A DNA stretch of 64,000 nucleotides. Origin: Camelus dromedarius. Lineage: Eukaryota. The position numbers and the translations under genes were made by a program. The stretch is taken from contig NC_087436.1 in assembly GCF_036321535.1 (NCBI RefSeq), positions 69,256,001 to 69,320,000 on the forward strand, written 5' to 3'. Positions 12,167-25,300 of this stretch are shown here, piece after piece. The notes beneath the pieces are model-generated. The model was not told where the DNA came from. It saw nothing but the letters and a program-made list of their open reading frames with translations, and searched no databases. Every line of letters starts with the position of its first letter. Position 1 is the first letter of the stretch.

Positions 12167-12881
12167 CTAATACTTCACTGCAAAATATATCCCATTTCTT
12201 CTTGTTGAAGGTCTGAAATGAGAAGCTAAAATGTAGGTGATACAACATATTTGTCACCCTTTCCATAAATGTCATTTTGTCACTAAGTTCTGATATGATA
12301 ACAGGTACATAGGAAGGAGGCAATATAAGCCCTCCACAGAGTTTTTTGTATGTTTTGCCAAGGGTAGACCGAAGACTGTAGACACAAGGTAGGTTAAGTA
12401 GTTCAGATAGCAGCTCAGCACAAGGAGAAACGGGATCTCCAAGAACAACATCAAATCTGGATTCTTGCACTTTCTTCGTAAGTTTTTTGTTCAACACTGC
12501 ATCCTCACAGAGCTTTTGAGCAGTATCAGAGTATTCATAAAATGTTTTTTGCATCTTTGAATCATATGCCCATAATGTACTCTTTGGTAACTCATGTGTC
12601 CACATCTTGACCCATTTCATATACTACAAATCAAGCTCATTCTTAGTAAAGGATGTAGGATAAACCTCAAGTTTAAGGGCTGATGATTTATTAGGATCTA
12701 CAAGTATGGAAGCTGAAGATGCGAGCACAGTGACTTCATGTCCCCTCTGAGCAAGTTCATCCAATATTGTCTTTAAATTGATCCAATGACTGTATTCCAT
12801 TGGCCACACCAACACCTTTCCTCAGGATGCACAGCTGAAATAAAAATACAGCACAAGAACAGAAACCCATGTCTTAGACAT
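12167..12881 (-). pseudogene. UGT2B-like exon 1 with two premature stop codons
   Basis: ATG at 12881 gives [52 protein letters not shown]...ELDL*YMKW...SEVLG. TGA at 12822-12824 and TAG at 12624-12626 are in frame. The exon is 715 bp with a phase-1 donor G|GTAAGT at 12167/12166. No downstream exons are seen in 256-12166. Confidence 0.9.
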
Positions 12882-12937
12882 CTTGGGAAAATCTAACCCT
12901 TCTTCATAAACTCTCTTAACTTCAGTTATAGTTTTCA

Positions 12938-12979
12938 TTTATATCAAGGAAAGAATCTGATAAGTAGTTAATATTAACT
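12938..12979 (-). promoter_or_regulatory. Putative proximal promoter of the UGT2B-like exon: TATAAA plus HNF1-like palindrome
   Basis: TATAAA on the minus strand at 12938-12943, about 57 bp upstream of the ATG. Palindrome AGTTAATATTAACT at 12966-12979 resembles the HNF1 consensus GTTAATNATTAAC. HNF1 sites at similar positions are known in UGT2B promoters. Confidence 0.5.
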
Positions 12980-13799
12980 GGTACATAGCAAAGTCACAAT
13001 GACTAATGAGCTAAAGACTGCTTTCAGGAGTGCAACCCTAGTAATCTCTCTGCCAGCTAATCTCCAGCTCAGAGATTTTGGATAGCAAATAAATAAAAGG
13101 TTAGATGACCTTATGTCTGTTTGTGCACACAATGAATCCCAGTATCATTGTAAATGCCACTGCTTCTAAACTAAGAGGGAATTACCTTACAAATAGGGAT
13201 TTTCCAAGTAAGAAAGCAGAATTGTGTCAATACAAATCTATTCTTATTTATTTGAGCATTTCAAATCATTTCTTTCTCTATATTTTCACATCTGTTTTAT
13301 TAGCTTCATTTCATTTACATTGCCTTGGGTTTTTTTCACTGTAGATACTCCCACTCTTTTTTTTTTTTCTACCTAAACATGGACATGCTTTGAGTATCGC
13401 TTTAGTTACTTTCCTTTATCTGAGAATATTACCTCTGAATTATTATCTTTTCATTTCCAGCACTCCTTATGTTACTCTCACTTCTTTAATACTTCTTCAG
13501 TATTTACTCTTAGAAAGTATTTATCCTCTAAGTACCTTCTGAACTTTGTTTTCTATATTGCCTTTGTAATCCAGGTAAGTTATAGTTTTAAAAAAAATCT
13601 TACCAGGATTTCCCATTAAGTTAGAAGTAGGAAGGGAAAGATGCATGTCATGGGATAGATTTGTTTTCATGTTATCTGTATTCTATTGACTTGAGATGAG
13701 AGGAGAATCTACCTTAAAAAGGATTTGGATGTAGATTCTAAGCAGAACATTGCCAGCAGAGTTTCAATATCCTTCAATCTTGGTAATGTCCCATGATAG

Positions 13800-16750
13800 G
13801 TGCTTTAATGTGTTAACCAGATTCTTTTTTTGGGACTGTAGAAACTATTTCCCAGCTCATGAGATTTTCAGTTGACACTCCTTATCTACCATCTTTCTTT
13901 GAGGATTGCCTCTGCTAAAAGAGAGAGATCTAGTCTAAAGCAATGTATCTTTCCTGGGCCCATGTCCAATGCCTAGACTTCTCATTTTAATTTTGGTCAA
14001 CTCTTCAAGGTTATCTTAGCTTCAGAGGTCCCAGTGGTTTGCTTGAGATTTACTCTGAAATTGCATTATTTCTATTTTTTCCACTGTCCAGTTTTGCTTC
14101 CTACCCTTCACTTGCACAGTTTGTTTCCATGAACATGCCATAACAATTTTCCTGCAAACTAATCTCCAGCTCTGAATCTGCACATTGAGGGCACTCAATG
14201 TTTTATAATCAGTGCCAAGGGTGGAATAAGAGAGAGACACCAAGGTCATATTTTGGAGCTGGATCATTCACCACAGATTGTAATGTGGTCTCTATCACAT
14301 GGTGAGACACAAATAGCTCTTGAATTGCGATAACGTGAAAGTTTTACTACTTTCAGTGAAGATGAATTGAGAGTACATTGAACGAAAGGTACTAGTAGTT
14401 GTGATATATCATATATTTGATAAATAAGGGAATAAATTAAGAAAATGGAAATAGGTGGTTATGTTAGTAGAATTGATGCTTTGGAGAGTATAATGGAAGA
14501 GTGTGGGCTATTAACCATCAAATTAAGGCTAAGTTTGAAAGCCAGAGGAACTGCCTTGGTAGCATGTAAAGAAAGCCTCATATCTTGGAGAAGGGCTAAA
14601 ACAATCTGCATAATTTTTAAAATAAAATATTTCCAATTCTACTTAAATTGCTAACCTAATTGCGGTAGGGATCATTACCTCTATATCATCCAAGCTTTTG
14701 ATGACAGTACTGAAAAACCCTCAGAGACATGACAGTGCTTGTGATTTATTATGTATTATGGAGCAAGGACCAGACAGTCCCAGTGGATTCCACTTGGCCT
14801 TTTGTGAAGATCTCTTGTGGGGTAATTGAAAAGACTCACAGGGCTCCACAAAGAATATTCAACATAATGCTTTTAATAAAATATATATATATAGATCTCG
14901 TGGAGCTATAGTAGGAGAAAGAGAGTAAGGTGAACATTGAGGTTCCAAGAGACTTCCAGGCACAGGTCCTCAGGGTCCTCTTTTATTTGCACAGGATACA
15001 GTTTGTCTCCAGATATGAAACACCAAGATTTGTATGATGAATTTTAATTATACAAGACAAAAAAGGTTGGTTTTCTTTGCACTCCTCTAGCCATTTAATC
15101 AAGCCAACTGATCTCATGGGTTACATCAAGTGTTACAGGCCATCAGTAATCAAACTTGCCTTGGATACTAAAGGGAAGAGGGTTGGAGGAGAGACTTGCA
15201 CACTTTTAATAGAAAACCATAAATCATTAGTTAGCTGCTCATTCTTATCATGGCCCAGAGTTATAAACAGAATTTTATTTGTCCATGAAGGTAACCATGG
15301 TGCTGTCAGCATGCAGGTGAGGTGACCCAAATGGAGATTCTATCAATTACTGAATGTACCTGCATTCTGGGTCAGAGAAGTCACATAAGATGATCCATAA
15401 TCTTAATGAATCCATTGTAAGAATAACTGAGGGCAAATCTTTACCTATTACTTGACCTTTATGAGCTCTCAGTCTTCTTTTTGTACAATAGTGATGTTTA
15501 GTGTCTCCAGAGATTAGTGTCAGTTCAGAGTGATAGTCTGATAACCTCTAGAGATTTAAATATTTCTCTGTTTACAAAAGCAAGCACCTTGGTCAATAGA
15601 CTCTGGGTAATTTCTTCAGTAAAGAGATCTTGTCTGAATTGTAATTGAAATCAATTTGTGATTTAGGTTGGGGTAAATTTCTGCATCACAAAGGCACTAA
15701 ATAATAGAGGAGAGATGTTCTAAGAAATGATCAGAAGAAGAACATGGAACATGCAGGTAAGATTGCATTATATTTCGCAGTAAGAAGAAAAAAATGAGTA
15801 GCACCTCATACCAAGCTATTATATGGACCCAGGAATGAGGGACAGGTCCATGATCAAGTCCACATTCATAATCCTTCTAGGATGAGCATGATTGGGTAGT
15901 GGGGCAATTGTTCTTTAATAATCATTGGCAGATAATACATTTATGACTTCTGGAGGCTCTAAGAGTAGCAACTATTTGGGGAACAGCATCGTTATCATCT
16001 GGCCTTGTAAACATATAAAAGTTATGAGTGGATTCACATTTATAATTTTAAAATTCTCCAGAGATATGGCATTGCATTTTGTGAAGATTGAAATGGAAGG
16101 TGGCCACTAACTAAAACAGAGGAGATTTCTTCTACCTCTCACACAAATAATATGATACTGTCGTGACACCTGGAAAATGAATTCTCCCTCAGTTCCTAGT
16201 AATTATTGATGAAATAGCAGTTATACATCAACAAAGGAAGAAAGACCTAGTTTATTCCAAAATTCTCAATGAGTTTTAGGATCTCCTCTATCATTGCCTG
16301 CATGATGAGCTTTTATGTCTGGGAGTCCTGGAAAGGAGACAGGAACTAAATTGAAGCATGTAAATCAGGGCAGAAGTAGTCCAGGACAGTGAGGTGGCTT
16401 CCCTACATGGAAGAGTCATGATTTTACCGTCTGACAATTGCTTTAAGGGTGAAAGATAGGTGCTTGCATGTCATAATGTCATTTGGATTGCTGACATCTT
16501 ATATGAGGGGATTCCATCTGACGGTATGAAAGACTGTCTGGGGGAAATGAATGGTAGGAACTAAGAGTGAAAGATAGGATCTCAGGCTCTTTGGCTAAGT
16601 TTAGAGCCAGAATTGAGAACAATGTAAAATCAGAATGGGATTCAGAAAAGAAGAACCTGGGGAGAAAACACAGTTGAGAAGCAGAAGGTAGGTGGCGATT
16701 CAGTGTGCATCGCAGAAGTTAAATGTTCTCTGTTCCTTAGGCAGCATATT
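13800..16750. mobile_element. Highly degenerate LTR/ERVL-like remnants (subfamily and boundaries uncertain)
   Basis: The sequence resembles old ERVL/MaLR LTR and internal pieces, with an LTR-like block at ~14660-15130. No intact ORF. Recognised by eye only. Confidence 0.4.
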
Positions 16751-18815
16751 CTTCTAAGTCTCAACTGTATTACCTTTTAAAATATCATAGTTGGTATTTC
16801 CACTAATTTAGGGAGCATAGTAAATCTGAGCCTGCAGGTGAATCATTATTTTTGGTAAAATTTGTAGAACATAATAGAAACCAATACTTCCCTCAGAGTA
16901 AAAGGCAAGCAAGTTTAAAAATCAAAGCATGCAATAATATGAATCATTTTTTATTTATAACATGTAGGACTTGATTTGTATTCACATATACATGCATGTA
17001 CACATGTACAAAATATTTCCACCTACCTATCAGCATTTTCAATTAAGTTGTGATCCAGAAGAAACTTGAGCAGAATTTCAAAATATTGTCACATATGAAT
17101 TGTAAATAGTTTTAAAATAAAATACTTTAAAATATAATATTTTAACTGACTAGGAAACCCAGAGGTCATAAAACTTCAGAAAAATCTGTTTTTATAAAAA
17201 CTTAAACTGGAAAATATAACATATTAATGTTTAGCCTCTGCATTCCTAAAATTATTACAAATTGTTAACAATATTTAATATGATCACTCATAAATGATTT
17301 AAATAAGTAACATTTGTGTTTAAGAAAGGCTTTGGTCTCTACAAGATAGAATATCCTTACTTATTTGTCAGGGTAGTTCTTCTGAATAAACTCAGAAATG
17401 GCTAACAAGGTATACAAACCTTGAGTTTACTTAAACTTACTATGTTACACCATTTTATAATAATGAAGAAGTGAAGGGATATCTTGACTTTAATATAAAA
17501 TGACTAAAGATTAAACTATGATTTTTAAGATTACTTCAGGAAAAAAACATTATCTTATTACCAAAGTAAGTGATTTAGCACTGTGGTAAATTATTGCTTT
17601 GATTACATGATTTAGATCTTAAAACAAATAGCATTAATGCTTACACTTTGAAAACTTTATGCAGTATAATTATTTAATTATAAAACCTCATAAAATTGAG
17701 AATATATCTTTTCCCCTATATCTCTTCATAGTTAATTCCCCATCTAAGAATAAGTTTATGATTAACTTGCTATTTTTTGTGCCATTATTACTGTTAAAAA
17801 ACCTGTAACAGCCCAAATGATTTATATTTGTTCTAAGATAGAGCTGTAATTTTAGGTCTCTCAAGTTTGGGTTATAAATATCAAAGTCTGTAATAATCAT
17901 TTAACGAACTTGGTTACTAGGTAAGGCCACCAGAGTTAGACTGAACTGAATTCTTTGTAGAAAAGAAAGTAAAAGACATCTTTATTTTTTAAAATACAAA
18001 TTGTGTTCATGTTACTGTAGATTCTGACAGATTCGAGCTAATAAGAAGCCTAAGTATTTGTGCTTGGTATAGTGATCTCAGTACAGTTTATGAGAGGACC
18101 AGGAGAAGTGACGGGGTAAAAGAAAAGTAAGAAATGAAGAAATTCACCGAGTGTGATTAGTTGGAGAGATCACCCCCATAGGAAAGAGCATTTCTGAGAA
18201 ATGCGTTTCCTCCCAGCTCTATCTAAGTAGTTTGTTTCTTCTTTACAAATATTTATATTGTAAGTAAAATTGGAGTAGGAGAGAATCAAGTAGATTTTTA
18301 GTTACTTTAAAAGGGTAGGTGCTCCACCACACCATCAGTCACGCTAACTTATGAAAATCAGCTAGTCTGAAGCTACAAAGTATTACAACACACATGAAGT
18401 ACTGTCACTTTTAGTATCCAAATGAAGGGAAATCTTTAAATCAAAGACAAAAAAGAGTGTTTTTTATCTGAGGGGACACAGTCTGATGTGTCAGATGAAA
18501 ATAAATTGATGGCATCAAGTGTGCTTTACGGCAGAGGAGAAACCCTGACAGCCTCCTGATCTTCCTGACCTGAAGGGAAGCTCTGGCTGGAGTGTGCTCT
18601 GCACTACTCTTGCCTGGTTCCTTTAGAGAACATGCAAGAACTATAACACACTGGGCACAGGATGATGTTATGTATTTAGAAAATCTTCAATATGATTAAT
18701 ACTGAGATTAGAATTAATCACTATGTTCCCAAGGCCTCAAAGAGCATCTCAATTAGTTCAGCTGAAAGTAGTGAATAAAATAAAGCACTGAGTCTTAATT
18801 AGCGACATCCATGTG

Positions 18816-18821
18816 TTTATT
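18816..18821 (-). other. Candidate polyadenylation signal (AATAAA) of UGT2C1-like copy A
   Basis: TTTATT on the plus strand, about 210 nt past the stop. Copy B has an AATAAA at a near-equivalent position (52747-52752). Confidence 0.4.
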
Positions 18822-19032
18822 TGTTTATCTTCTCTTTTCAACGAATAGATTATTTTAAACATTAGTGCTAAATCATGTGGCACATTTTCGTGTTGTCTTT
18901 GACAGTTGACTTGATAAGCTGAGGAATGGACAAGAACCCAGAAGAGCAGGAGAGGAATCTGTTCAAATCAGTAGCTGGATTAATTCGGATGGACCCTACC
19001 AAGGTTTCCAGTCAAATCATTAATAAAAAACC

Positions 19033-19312
19033 CTACTCTCTCTTTTTCTTCTTTGTAGTTTTACCAAACTTCAGGCAACAAAACAGACAACATTTTGTGA
19101 TGACGAACACAGCAGTTGCCACACAGGCCAACAGGAACCCAATCACATCCAGAGAGTGGTTCTGGTACCAGGTGAGGTCGTGGAGGGCTGGTCGCAGGTG
19201 CTTGGCTCCTTTGTGGCGCATGACAAACTCTATCCAGAAGACTGCTCGGTCCAGGGGCTTTACAGGCTGATCGTGGTGGATTCTTGATAACTTCATAGCG
19301 TTCTCTTTATAG
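19033..19312 (-). CDS. UGT2C1: UGT2C1-like copy A exon 6 (coding part, 280 bp)
   Basis: Acceptor CCTCAG|C TAT AAA GAG AAC. Encodes [40 protein letters not shown]...KKKKRE*. Confidence 0.95.
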
Positions 19313-22300
19313 CTGAGGATTGAATATATAGATAGCAACTTGAAAAATTCATTGAGGACATGACACACCTAAAATTATGTTATATATTAAAGAATCAAAA
19401 AGAAAGACTATGTGTAAATATGTATGCATAATGAATACAACGTTGTAAATCAACTATACTTTAATTAAAAAGTATATTACATAATTACACAATAAATTAT
19501 GTCATAAGTGACATTACCCAGAGCACTGAAAACATAAGAAAATTTCTTTCATCTTGAGATATTTCAATATAATAGTCTATCAACTGGAATTGGTTGGATG
19601 TTTCAAAGTGTAATTAACAATTGGAGTAGGGGAAAAAAGAATTTCTATTGGAAATAGCATTTTAAAAATTCAGAATAGGAATGTAGACTACGTAATTGAT
19701 AAAACAGCATTTTGCTTTCATTTGCAGAGGGTGGTATTGTGAACATGATAGTGACAGGAAGCAGTACTGAGGGCAGGTCTATGAGAGAGGAACCCTTCCC
19801 CCACCCCTCCACCTTCCCCAGGTTTGGTCTGGAGTGTTGGTGTTAACAAGAAGCTAGTATTCAACAGCATCAGGTAATGGTTTCCATCCGTGATCTTCAT
19901 GGCCCTGACATTTCAGATGAAAACAGAAAATTTAATGTCACCCTATGGGCAAGAAGTAGGGCTCTAGAGTGAGTAGATGCTGGAATCTTTGCTTCAGGCT
20001 ACAGAGGGATGCAAGCGCCAGTGGTGAGATGGGAAATGGCAAGAGCCAGAACACAAACCCTCTACCTTCTGTCAAGGGACAAAAGAACAGGCCAGTGTTT
20101 TGTTTTGAGGTTTTGGATGGCTGACCTAAATGAAGCATTTCCTTGGATTTGTGAAGGAGGTGAAGTTAGCAGGTGATTCTTCCACACTCAAGTGCCATGA
20201 TCATTTAAATTAAAAATCATTAAATTGCAGAAAATGGTGAAACAGCATGTAGAAAGTTCTGAGGAGAATTGTGATCCAAAAAAACAAAAATCTTATACAA
20301 AGCCCTGTTGCCCTTTGGTTTAAGAAAAATAAGGCAGGGCTTTGTTAATACACAAGAATTTAAGGAATAAGTACGTCTGCCTATATCTCAGGGATCAAGG
20401 AAACAACAGCAACAGAAGCTCCAAAAATAGAAATAAAGTATTTGTCAGATGAAAAATTAGTACCAACAAAACCTGACAGGTACAGAAAGACTGTACTAAA
20501 ACAAACAGTGCATCATTAAATCCGTATAAATACAAAAGTAGGGCTAAAATGTATTGGGAAGTGTGATCATAGACAATGTTGTATGTTGTAAGCCTTGATA
20601 ATGTTATAATGATTATACATCAAGCAATAATTGAGCTGTGATATAGAAGAGAGAAATGGAAAGTTGAGAAGTAGCTTCCTAGAGAAAAGTCATTCAGTAT
20701 TAGCCAAAATTGGAAATAGTTTAAAAATAATTATTTTAGTCTCTAATGTCAATATTTATTCATAGATGTCTATGAAATTTTTAGTAAGAATTTATCTGAT
20801 ATTAAAAGAAGTATTTATCCAAAGCCTGGAAAGTATTATCATTTTGATATAGTTTCTTTTTTTCCTCCAAGATTATATTTATTAGATTTATTTGAAATAC
20901 AATAACAGAAATGTAACCATTCCATATTGAGAATTTATTTATTTTTGATCACAGCTCATCGCCATGTTGTACAAAGTTCCCCAGAACTTGTTCATTTTAT
21001 TACTGAAAGTTTGACCCTTTGACCAATATTTCTCTACTCCCTGAACCCCTAGTCCCTGGTAAACACCACTCTACTTTCTGTTTCTATGCATTCGCCCCTT
21101 TAGATTATACATAAAAGTGACACACAGTATCTGTCTTTCTTTGTCTGACTTGCTTAGCATAATGCCATGTTGTCACAAATGGCAGGATTTCCCTCATTCC
21201 TATAGCTGAATGATATTCCTTGATAAACATACACCACATCTTCTTTACGTATTCATCCATAGACAGACAGGCTATTTTCATATCTTAGTTATTGTGAATA
21301 AAGCTGCAGTGATCATGTGAGTGCAGATATCTCCTTCATATTCTATTTTCATTTCCTTGAGTCATAATGCCAGTAGTGGGATTGCTGGGTAATGTAGTAG
21401 TTCTATTTTTAATGTTTTGGGGAACGTGCATACTGTTTTCCATAGTGTCTGCAGCAATTTCTATTCCCATCAGCAGTGCCCTAGAATTCCCTTTCTTCAC
21501 AGACGCACCACCCTGGATATACCTAGTGTTTTGATGCTGGCCTATCTGACAGGTGTGAGGTGATGTCTCACTGTGGTTTTGATTTGCTTTTCCTGATGCT
21601 TGGTGATGTCAGGCCCCCTTTCATGTACTTGTGGGCCATTTGTATGTCTTTGGGAAAATATCTATTCAGTAACTCTGGTCTTTTGAGAACATTCTTTTGG
21701 CTTAGAGTTAAATGAGTTTTTTTATATTTTGTGTATGAAGTGCTGATCAGATATGACGTTTGAAAATATTTTCTCTCATTTTGTAGGTTGCCTTTCATTT
21801 TTTAGAGAATTTTATTTTCTGTGCAGAAGTGGTAAGTGTGATGTAGACTCATTTGTTGATTTCCACTTTTGTTCTTTGTGCTGTTGCTGTCATTTCCAAA
21901 ATATTGTTGCAAAGACCCTTATTCAAGGAGCCTTTTTCTCTGTTTCCTTCTAGGGCTTTTTATGGTTTCAGGTCTTCTGTTTAAGTCTTTAGTTCATTTC
22001 CAGTTAATTTTGGTAAGTGATGTCAGATAGGGGCCCAAATTCATTCTCCTTTATGTGATTATCCAGTTTCCCCAGCACCAGTCATCTGTCAATGGACATT
22101 TAGGTTGCTTCTATGTCTTGGCTATTGTCAATAGTGCTGCTATAAACGTCAGGGTGCATGTATCTTTTCAAATTAGAGTTTCCTCCAGGTATATACCTAG
22201 GAGTGGAATTGCTGGATCATATGGTAAGTCTATTTATAGTGTTTTAAGGAATCTCCATAGAATTTTCCATAGTGACTTCACCAAATGCATTCCCACCAAT

Positions 22301-25300
22301 AGTGTAGAATGGTTCCCTTTTCTTCACACCCTCTCCAACATTTATAAATTGATTAATTATACATAATCAGCAGTACATAGTTAATATCAAATATGATTGT
22401 CTTGTACTTAAATTCTATGAAGGAATTTTGTCATGTACTGTCCCTGAGCAGTAGATTGTAACTTCAAAGAAATATTAAACTTATTTAAAGAAATTAAGCT
22501 ATTGTTACAGAGACACAATCTTTTCTTATTATTGATAGTTTTTTCTTTTCAAAACAGAAAAATATCATATGATATCACTTATATGTGGAATCAAAAAATG
22601 GCAAAACTGAACATATTTTCAAAACAGAAAGAAACTCACAGACATAGAAAACAAACTTATGGTTACCAGGGGGATGATGAGAAGGGGACCAATTGGGAGT
22701 TTGGGATTTGAAGTCACTAATGGCTATAAACAGATAGAGAAACAGCAAGGTTGTACTGTATAGCACAGTGAACTATATTCAATATCTTATAATACCCTAT
22801 AATAAAAAAGACTATGAAAAGGAATATATATATATGTATACACATAACTGAACCACTATTGTGTACACCAAAAACTAGAAAACATTGTAAACCAACTATA
22901 CTTAATAGAAAAATTTAAAAAGTAATTAATTGAATTGAATGAAACAGTTCACTCCTATTAAAAAACAGGATGACTCTCAGAAAAGAATATATTGTATACT
23001 CACGAAGGGTTGTTAATAACCTCCTTCAAAGCATGAAGCAGATCAGAACTTGTCATTGTGGGCAAGTCTACTTCAACAGCTGCCCCTTTGGCTTTTACAC
23101 GAGCAACATTATCATGCTGATCACCAAACATGGGAATTCCCACCATAGGCACCCCATGGTAAATAGCTTCATAGACCCCATTGGTTCCACTGTGAGTGAT
23201 AAAAGCTCTGGTTTGGGGATGGCCTAAAAAGAAAAAGAAAATCATTATTCTGTGTTGTATGTGTTTCAGAAACAAAAAAACATGACCGCTGTATACGTCA
23301 CCAATTCAATTAGGCAGCATTTCCTATGCAATTCTGTGCCCTGTGGCTTTGTATATATTCCTATAGGCTCCAAAGAAAGTGGCAGCTAATGATTCCAGGC
23401 TGAGCAGCAATGAATGATTCTAGCAATTAAGTCATTCCACAAAACCCTGAAGGTTTGTGCAGAGGGAACTGATGGGGAGCAGTTGCCATGGACAAGTTGT
23501 TGGGAAAATACATCAATCAAAAGGAATGAAGGGATTTCAGAAAACAAATGCTTGTGTGGATGGGGAAGAGGAGCTGAGATGTGCAGAGTTTCAATGTGAG
23601 AATGTGGGCATAACAGGCTAGAAAGGTAGACTAGGGCAAGATCCTGAGGTACTGTAAGAACATGGGATTTTGCACATGATGTTACATTAGTATGGAACCA
23701 TGAATAATATCGCAGATGGTGAACGGAATTGTCAGGTTTTTTTTTTTCACAAATTTATAGTGGGGAGGAGAGAAAAGAGGTGGGAGGGAATGGATAGAGA
23801 GATTCAGGAGGCAGCTGAAATACTCTGCAAAATTTCGTGAGAGACTGTTCGAAAGGGACATTCATTGATTCTGAGGAGGGAGGTTGTATCATCAATGGGG
23901 AATTATAAATTCCACATTTATGTCAGACCTTGAGAAAAATTCTGTTCACAACCAAACCCTAGTCAGATTTCTCTGAACTCTCTTCCCCACTGGGTCCTGA
24001 TATGGAGCTTCTTTGTTTATCTCTGCTTTGCCCAGTTTAGTAAGAATCCTACGAAGCCAGTTTAGCTAGACTCCACCATCCTTGATGTCCAGTCACCCTT
24101 TATAGCTGTTGCGTCATTCTTCACAATCCCTCAGATGATGTTTGACCACCCTAGCTTGCCATTGGCAAGAATCAGATTAGGTCAGTTTTGCCGGAGCCCC
24201 CTTTGTCCCTGATGTCTCCTCTTAGTAACTTTCCACCCAGTGGTACCCAATTTTGCTCTTTGGCTATAAATTTCCCAATTTTCCTGTTTGTATTCAGAGT
24301 TGAGTCCAATCTCTCTGTCTCACTGTCAAAGTCCACTGCAGTAGGATGTAAACTTAACATGATGGTTTTGAATAAACTGTGTCTTCCAGTCTTTAACAAG
24401 TGTCTGGAAGATTTTTCCTTAACAAGCCCCAGAAGAAAGGTGATGAAGATGTTAAGGGTGGTTTTTTGGTTGTTTTTTTTTTTTTTTTTCGCTTATTTTG
24501 AATTCAAATTTGTTGAATTTTTTTTTTTAACTGAGGAATCATTTAGCTTATCCCTCATTGAACTCTGTGCAAATTTCTCCTCTGTGGTCTTACCAAGAAG
24601 ATCATTTTGCGGAATCCATTCATACAGCCGGGTATTGGCTCCGAGTGTATCTGGTTTCTTTCCTGTGTATCTCCACAGAACCTGTTAAGATACATGCCTT
24701 TACTCAATTAGAAGACTTTTAGAATCACATCCTGTCAGAAGGAGGCAGTTAACTTAGAATTAATCTAGTTCGATGTCACCAGGTTATAGATGAGAAACTG
24801 AGGCCCTAAGTGATTAAGTAATGAATGTTTCTAAACCATGGACGCTACAATCATGTTTTCAAATGCTTGGAATAATCCTAATAGATCGGCTATCAACATG
24901 AGATGGATTCTAATTTAGTAGAGGAAGGCAATCTGTATCTGAGACAACTACATATTGGTGTCGCTAGGCCATTGTGGTAGAGGAGATTTTTGAAAGAATG
25001 TTTTCAGAGGCAAAAGGGAGGGATGTTACCTACCTCACTAAGAAAGTGTTAGTGCTTTGACCTTTGTAATACATTGGCAGTAACACAGAAGCAAGCATTG
25101 CCTTTCTATCTTTGTAAGTATTGTAAGTTTAGAATTTGGTGGCGTTCAATAGATCAACAATGTTGTATAACCATTAGCACTATCTATATCCCAAATGTCT
25201 TCTTCATCTGAAGCATAAACTCTGCCATTTAGCAAAAACGTCCTGTTCCCTGCCCTCCCTAGTCTGGTAACCTCTATTCTTCCCGTCTCCATGAACTTGA

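Noticed and set aside
12822..12824. In-frame TGA at a Cys position as possible selenocysteine or readthrough
   Set aside because: A second in-frame TAG follows, UGTs are not selenoproteins, and I see no supporting element. A simple nonsense mutation explains it.
18926..19270. Plus-strand ORFs overlapping UGT exons (also 22970-23227, 24188-24688, 38961-39176, 52953-53255)
   Set aside because: They are antisense shadows or LTR-derived frames. Their repetition at +33.9 kb reflects the duplication, not conservation.
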